Positions 42,681 to 47,968 of a DNA stretch of 47,968 bases are shown here, one piece after another; positions within the stretch are counted from its first letter, which is position 1, and the number at the start of each line of letters is the position of its first letter. Under the pieces are notes generated by a model, which worked only from the letters and a program-made list of their open reading frames with translations, did not search any database and was not told the origin of the DNA. A program made the translations under genes and the position numbers. This DNA comes from a virus. The DNA lies in the IMG/VR virus record IMGVR_UViG_3300034069_001016, positions 1 to 47,968 of that record. One strand, written 5' to 3'.

Positions 42681-42716
42681 ATAAAAGCGTTACGGGGGCG
42701 CCATTCTGGCACCCCC
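42681..42716 (-). terminator. Intrinsic terminator or attenuator between the capsid and tail genes
   Basis: Minus-strand RNA GGGGGUGCCA-GAA-UGGCGCCCCC forms a 10-bp stem with one G-U pair. A U-rich CUUUUAU tract follows 6 nt downstream. Confidence 0.55.
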
Positions 42717-42747
42717 GCAAGCATCAGTCGAATTTCAGCCGTAACGG

Positions 42748-43650
42748 TTACGGCGCGTACTGTGGAACCGACGGCGCCTCGGGATTGCCCAGCAGGGCCA
42801 CAAACTCGAAGCCCACCGACCCGTTGGCCGCGGTGTTCGGCGCAAAGGTGCCGCGCACGTCGCCCGACGTCGCCGAGCTCGCGCCGAGATCGGCACCGAC
42901 GAACGTGCCGTTGGTGACCACGACGCCGTCTTCGAACTTCTGCAAGATCTGCTGCGCCGACGGTACGACCACGGGCGAACCGAAGACGTTGCCGGTGCCG
43001 ACGGTGGCCGCAGTGATGGCCGTATCGGAGGTGATGCGCGTGATCTTCTTGAACGCCTTCTTGCCGGTGTGAGCCGCAGCAGCCGCCGCGGTCTGCTCGA
43101 CCATGCGGTTGCCGAACTCGTCCTCGCCGTAGATCGTCAGCTTGGCGTTGGTCGTCCATGCGGCCACGACATTGCGGGGAACGTCGAAGACGGCCACGCC
43201 GTTGGCGACCAGGGCGCCATTGAGCAGGAAGTTGGCGTTCTGCGCCACGCTCTGGGACAGCGCCACGCCCGTGGACGCAGCAGCCGCCGGCGAGCCGAGA
43301 TTGACCAAGACAGGAGCCAACATTCGCGCCTTGTTGGCACTGAGCCGCGGCACGTTCTCGGGGCGATTTCCGGAGACGCCTGGCAGCGAGAAGCCGAAGA
43401 TGAAGCTGGCGCCGGCCGGCCAGGTCGAGCCGCTGGCGTTCGTGATGGTCACCGAAGACGCGCCGAACGACACGGTGAAATGCTGCGGCTGGCGGAAGGT
43501 GTTGCCGCCGATCACCAGGGAGTTCACCCCCTGGAGATCGAACGACCCCTTCGAGAAACCCGTCGGATAGGTGACGGTGAAAGTGCCGGCGTTGGCGACA
43601 TCCGCCGCCAGCGTACCGGAAACAACCTTCTGTGCAGGGACATTGGGCAT
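42748..43650 (-). CDS. Capsid decoration-like / virion structural protein
   Basis: 300-aa beta-rich ORF directly downstream of the major capsid gene. Confidence 0.6.
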   Translation of the reverse strand: MPNVPAQKVVSGTLAADVANAGTFTVTYPTGFSKGSFDLQGVNSLVIGGNTFRQPQHFTVSFGASSVTITNASGSTWPAGASFIFGFSLPGVSGNRPENVPRLSANKARMLAPVLVNLGSPAAAASTGVALSQSVAQNANFLLNGALVANGVAVFDVPRNVVAAWTTNAKLTIYGEDEFGNRMVEQTAAAAAAHTGKKAFKKITRITSDTAITAATVGTGNVFGSPVVVPSAQQILQKFEDGVVVTNGTFVGADLGASSATSGDVRGTFAPNTAANGSVGFEFVALLGNPEAPSVPQYAP

Positions 43651-43678
43651 GGTGATGATTCCTTCTATCGTTCCCGGA

Positions 43679-44746
43679 TTACTGGATGGCGTAGACGCCG
43701 GACGTGTTGCGGCGCTTGAACACGAGGCCGCCGATGTAGGTCTTGGCGCGGTAGAAGACGTACTTGTCGTACGGACGCGCCGGCGAGTGCTTCTTCCAGT
43801 TCTCGCCTTCCATGTACATGGGGTAGATGCTCTTCATGTCGAGGAAGAAGCTGTACTTGGACAGGCCTTCGTCATCGAGCGTCGGGCAGTACTGGATACG
43901 CAGCCCCTTGAAGGCGATGTCGGCCACGCTCGCGTCGATGACGCCGTTGCCGCCCTTCGCCCAGCCCTCGAGCGTGTAGTTGCCCTTGGCGCGAAGCTCC
44001 ATCTCGAAAGCGTCCATGAAGTCGGAGCCGGCGAAAACCTTGTGCTGCGGCGAGCCGTAGCGGCGAAGCTGGCGCATCTCCTTCTGGAGCGTCTGGACGA
44101 GCACCTGGTTGGCCGGCGTACCGGCATTGATGGCGCCGTCGGCCGACGTTGCGGTGCGCGCGCGGTTGCGCCACCAGGTATTCACGATCGGATCGATGCC
44201 GCCGACCAGGCCGGCCGCGGCCGGGTTATCGAGGATCGCCGAACGGACACCCGGGATCTTCTTCGGATCGGCCGTACCGTCACGCCAGTACATGACCTCG
44301 GCGTCGCGGTCGGAGCCCTCCTGCATGTCCTCGAGCTTGTCGTCGAGCAGGTTGGCCAGGGCCGTCTTCTCGCGGCCGGTGTGCTCGACGGTCTGGGCGC
44401 CGTTGGTCGAATCGACGACGCTGATGCCGTCCTTCGCCAGCTCATGCATCGAGAACTGGATGCCGGCGTGGAGAAGCTTCCACGGGTAGTTGCCGGTCTT
44501 GATGTTCGCCGGGTTGGCGTACTCGACCGTGTCGTCGTGCTCGAAGCCCTGGTTGGTGGTCGTGTACTCGCCCTTGACGCGGACGGTGATCGACTCCTTA
44601 CCGCTCGGGAAGGACTTCTCGCGCTCGCGGAACGCGGCGAGCAGCGGCTTGTCCTGGATGGTCTGGGATTCGACCTTGCCCTGGTCCATGTGGAAGTCCA
44701 GGGCCGCGGCCGTGATGTTGGCGATTTCCTGCGCGGTGAACGGCAT
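43679..44746 (-). CDS. Major capsid protein
   Basis: 355 aa, following the scaffold gene. Size and position are typical of an HK97-fold coat protein. Confidence 0.8.
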   Translation of the reverse strand: MPFTAQEIANITAAALDFHMDQGKVESQTIQDKPLLAAFREREKSFPSGKESITVRVKGEYTTTNQGFEHDDTVEYANPANIKTGNYPWKLLHAGIQFSMHELAKDGISVVDSTNGAQTVEHTGREKTALANLLDDKLEDMQEGSDRDAEVMYWRDGTADPKKIPGVRSAILDNPAAAGLVGGIDPIVNTWWRNRARTATSADGAINAGTPANQVLVQTLQKEMRQLRRYGSPQHKVFAGSDFMDAFEMELRAKGNYTLEGWAKGGNGVIDASVADIAFKGLRIQYCPTLDDEGLSKYSFFLDMKSIYPMYMEGENWKKHSPARPYDKYVFYRAKTYIGGLVFKRRNTSGVYAIQ

Positions 44747-44778
44747 TGCTCAATCCTTGGTGGATTGGCCCCGTCGAT

Positions 44779-45825
44779 TTACCCGAGCGTGTTGTTGATG
44801 ACGTCGAGCATGCTCTTCGGGGCCAGTTTGCCCTGCGCCGAAGAACCGCCTCCTGTAATTGGTGTGATAGGCCGAACACCCGCTGGCCGGAGAGAAGCAA
44901 GCTCCTTCTCGACCTTGTCGCGAGACTCCTGAATGAACGTCTGCATTTCGGCAGTCGACTTGGGGTAGCCGTCGCGGCGGATTCGGAGCTCAACCAGCTC
45001 CAGTACGCGATCCTTCTTGAGCGCGTAGTCCGGGTCGGTCTTCTGCCACTGGAGATCGTACTGACGGGCGGCGTCGGAGATGGTGTTGACGTGGCTCTGG
45101 TGCTGGGACCGCTGGGTCTCTGCTTTTCGCTCGTCTTCACGCTGCTGCAGCTGCTGCTGGGAAAGCGCACTCCGGGCCTTGTTGCGCGACAGTTCGCGCG
45201 CCATGGCTTCGTCGATGCGGCCTTCGTTCACGGCCTGCTGCAGTTCCGGGGAAAGAACCTCGCCGGCGACCTGGCGTAGCTGGTCCACAAGGGGCTCCAG
45301 CATCTGCAGGGCGCGAACGGGATCCTTCTTGATCGCGTACATGACGTCGAAGCCCTGATTCAGCTCGTCAGCGGAGAGTCCTGCGCGATGCGCGAAATCC
45401 GTGATGCTGCGCCCGACGTCTGCATCGGGCTTCAGGGTATCGATCTCGGCCGACTTGGCTTTCACCTCGCCGGCGAGATGCGCCATGCGGCGCTGTGTAC
45501 GTTCGCTGAGCTTGCCCCGCTCCTCATCGGAGAGGTCTGCCGAGCCGTCGTACTCCTCGGAACCATTCTTGCCGCCCGGCTGCTTGCCCTCCTGGGGCTG
45601 GCCTGCCGGACCATTTGGAGCCTGCGAAGCTCCCTCCGAGGGCTTGCCGAGTGCGGCGTTGACCGCATCCAGCATCGTCTTCGGCTCTGCAGCTGCGGAG
45701 GGCGAACCCGCTTGACTGCCCTGCCCTTGATCGGACTGGACCTGACCGTTGCCGTTCTGGTCCGTTGTCACGGTTTGGGTCTCACGACCCTCGTCGCTAT
45801 TCGAAGCCGGCGTAGCTTCGGTCAT
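44779..45825 (-). CDS. Scaffolding protein
   Basis: Highly charged and helical, lying between the portal and capsid genes. GGAGG lies 4 nt upstream of ATG 45825. KTMLDAVNAALG and KSMLDVINNTLG recur near the N- and C-termini. Confidence 0.7.
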   Translation of the reverse strand: MTEATPASNSDEGRETQTVTTDQNGNGQVQSDQGQGSQAGSPSAAAEPKTMLDAVNAALGKPSEGASQAPNGPAGQPQEGKQPGGKNGSEEYDGSADLSDEERGKLSERTQRRMAHLAGEVKAKSAEIDTLKPDADVGRSITDFAHRAGLSADELNQGFDVMYAIKKDPVRALQMLEPLVDQLRQVAGEVLSPELQQAVNEGRIDEAMARELSRNKARSALSQQQLQQREDERKAETQRSQHQSHVNTISDAARQYDLQWQKTDPDYALKKDRVLELVELRIRRDGYPKSTAEMQTFIQESRDKVEKELASLRPAGVRPITPITGGGSSAQGKLAPKSMLDVINNTLG

Positions 45826-45924
45826 CACGCCTCCATCAAGGGCTACCGACGTCTCACGACGTTGGTCGTTGTGGGCGCACCCTATCGCGAAGCGTGACGG
45901 GGTGCAAATTCGTGACCGGAATCG

Positions 45925-47968
45925 CTATGCGGCCACCGGTCCCCGTTGCTGCTCGATGCCCTGTTCGCCGGGCGCAGGGTGCGCCGCCTGGCGCTGCCCT
46001 TCTCCGCCCTGGCGCGGCGCACCAGGCTTGCCCTTGTCGTTGGCGGGCGCCGGCGGCGCGGCCATCCGCTGCATGATCGAATTCAGCGTGACGGCCGACG
46101 GCGCACCCTCGGCCTTCATCTGATCGACGGGCAGGTTCAGCAGGTCGCCGTAGCGGTTGGCGACCGGCGTCATGTTCACTCCCGGCATCTGCAGCAGGTA
46201 CGGCGTCGCGCGCTCCAGGTTGGCCAGATCGGCCGCTACATTCGGCCGGCCGCTCGAGCCGGCGCGCACCCGGAGCGTGATCTTCTTCACCGCCTCGGCC
46301 CGATTGTGCTCCGGCCACACGGCCTTGGCGCCCGCGATCTCGCGCACCGTGTCGCCGCTCATGTACATCAGGTTCAGTTCGTTGATGCCCGAGGCCAGCT
46401 CGCTCAGAAGCTCGTCCACCTCGTCGACATTGGACGCCATATCGGCCGACCGGCTGGCTTCGGCGATTGACGCCTCGGTGGCCGTGGTGTCGCTTCCGGC
46501 ATTGCCGAAATTGGCGTCCTGAGACCCGACGGAGCGCATGATGTCGTCCATCTGCGGCCGAGTGTCGTACAGGGCGGCGTCGGGTTTCACCAACGGGAGG
46601 GGCTGCAGGAGGTCTGTGACCTTCTGACCGATCAGGAGCTGCTTGAGCTTGATGATCGCGTGCGCCGGGTAGTCCAGAATGGACGTCGTCTCGCGCTTGT
46701 CCATGGACGAACCCGCGGCGACATAGCGCGGCAGCGATGCGCGACGATGGTCCTTGAGATCCTGGCGCGATCGGTTCAGTTCCTTCTGCGCGGGCCTCAT
46801 CAGCTCGACGTCGGACGGCGCGTACAGCGTCTCGTCGCTCTCCACACCGTTGAAGACCAGGGTGTAGACCGTGAAGAAGCGCTCAAGCGACACCTCGGGC
46901 GGTCCGGGCTCGCGCAGAAAGTCGCAGTAGCCGTCGGCGAGGTAGAATTCCTGGCCAAGCTCCTTGTCCTGGACGCGCCAGAGGCAGACCTGCCCTTTCG
47001 TGCCGTCCTGCTTGGTGCCCGGCTGCTTCTTGAAGTACGGCGTGAACTGGTCGCCGATGTCCTTGTTGAACAGTGCCCGGATGTCCTCGGGAGTCTTCAT
47101 GAACTGGCGAACGACCCATCGGGAGCCGATGAATCCGTCGAGAACGCGCGTATCCTCGTCGCTCCAAACCTCATCGGACGTCGGAAAGTCGAGTACCGGC
47201 CCTTCCCGAACGATGATCTCCGGCTGCTTCTGCAACGTATCGATCAGCGTGCGCAGCCGCTCGGCCTCGGCCGTGAATTCCTCTACCTTGCCCTCGGTCG
47301 CGTCCTCCAGCAGTGCCTCGACGCGCTTCATCTGCGACGTGCTGCTCTCGAGCTGCGCCGTCACAGCCGGATTCGGCGCCATGACGCGCTCGTATGACAG
47401 ATCGACGTAGCCGATCTTGCAGACCGCGGTGCGGCGAATCAGCTGCTTGAAGCTCTTTTTGAAGTTCGGGCTCTGATCCTGGAGGAAATAGTTGCCCAGG
47501 ATCTCAGCGGTATCGGCGATGCGCTGCAAAAGAAGCTGCTCGCGCTTCACCTGCTCCACTTCCTCGACGATCGCCGCCGCTTCGGGATTGATCGACTGCG
47601 CCGCCATCTCGAAGCCGGCCATATCGCCGGCCATCTCCGCAGCCTGCATGGCCATCCTGCCTTGGCCGACCTGCTCGATGGCCGACATGAGCGTCTGCGG
47701 GTCGCCGTCCCACACCGAAAACAGCACTTGGCGACGCACCTCGGCCGAAACTTGCGGGTTCCGGGCATAGAGCCGCGCCACCTTCTGGTTGATGGTGCGC
47801 ACCGTGACAGGAACGACGTAGTTTCCGCCCTCCACCCATTCCTTGTCGTCGCCGAGCCGCGCGAACATCTGATTCTCGCGCATCTTCTTGAACTCGGGCT
47901 CGAGCTTGGCGCGCCGATCCTTGATCTTCTTCTGCCACTGCTCGACCAGCTCTTTCCTGCCAGGGTCG
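45925..47968 (-). CDS. Portal protein (main body). The reading frame runs off the window edge and resumes at 141/142-239.
   Basis: More than 650 aa immediately downstream of terL in the circular map. The frame stays open to the last base of the window. Confidence 0.8.
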   Translation of the reverse strand, partial: DPGRKELVEQWQKKIKDRRAKLEPEFKKMRENQMFARLGDDKEWVEGGNYVVPVTVRTINQKVARLYARNPQVSAEVRRQVLFSVWDGDPQTLMSAIEQVGQGRMAMQAAEMAGDMAGFEMAAQSINPEAAAIVEEVEQVKREQLLLQRIADTAEILGNYFLQDQSPNFKKSFKQLIRRTAVCKIGYVDLSYERVMAPNPAVTAQLESSTSQMKRVEALLEDATEGKVEEFTAEAERLRTLIDTLQKQPEIIVREGPVLDFPTSDEVWSDEDTRVLDGFIGSRWVVRQFMKTPEDIRALFNKDIGDQFTPYFKKQPGTKQDGTKGQVCLWRVQDKELGQEFYLADGYCDFLREPGPPEVSLERFFTVYTLVFNGVESDETLYAPSDVELMRPAQKELNRSRQDLKDHRRASLPRYVAAGSSMDKRETTSILDYPAHAIIKLKQLLIGQKVTDLLQPLPLVKPDAALYDTRPQMDDIMRSVGSQDANFGNAGSDTTATEASIAEASRSADMASNVDEVDELLSELASGINELNLMYMSGDTVREIAGAKAVWPEHNRAEAVKKITLRVRAGSSGRPNVAADLANLERATPYLLQMPGVNMTPVANRYGDLLNLPVDQMKAEGAPSAVTLNSIMQRMAAPPAPANDKGKPGAPRQGGEGQRQAAHPAPGEQGIEQQRGPVAA
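47828..47968. repeat. Terminal direct repeat, copy 2 (identical to 1-141)
   Basis: Direct comparison of the two window ends. Confidence 0.95.

Overview
The window is a complete temperate phage genome, not a chromosomal region. Bases 1-141 are identical to 47828-47968, so the molecule closes on itself or is terminally redundant, with a unique length of 47,827 bp. The sequence is visibly GC-rich, which produces many long shadow ORFs on the antisense strand.

Gene content suggests an alphaproteobacterial host. It includes a GapR/DUF2312 homologue and small-protein families that I recall from Rhizobiales-type genomes.

Minus strand, read across the contig junction, forms one long virion, packaging and lysis unit in T7-like order:
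- HTH protein
- HNH endonuclease
- beta-helix tailspike
- second tail fibre
- HTH-metallophosphoesterase
- MazG
- large terminase
- portal (split by the linearisation point)
- scaffold
- major capsid
- decoration-like protein
- adaptor and nozzle-like proteins
- four internal virion proteins
- holin, small TM protein, GH24 endolysin, overlapping i/o-spanins
- excisionase and tyrosine integrase

Plus strand 19.2-30.4 kb is the DNA-metabolism module:
- HTH regulator
- DUF5664-like protein
- RuvC-type resolvase
- C5 cytosine methyltransferase
- DUF2800 nuclease
- DUF2815 SSB
- GapR
- 2-deoxyribosyltransferase-like protein
- family A DNA polymerase

A leftward early operon (18.9-13.7 kb) encodes RtcB RNA ligase, small proteins, an HU-like protein and a prim-pol/helicase. 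It ends at an iteron array, and a tRNA-Pro(UGG) gene sits antisense inside it.

An accessory island (9.4-13.2 kb) has a Cro/YdaS-like gene coupled to a Rap1a/Tai4-like periplasmic protein. Opposite it is an array of translationally coupled small ORFs, including a DUF7666-like repeat protein.

No rRNA, CRISPR array, transposon or phage RNA polymerase was seen. All functional calls rest on motif recognition by eye; no database search was run.
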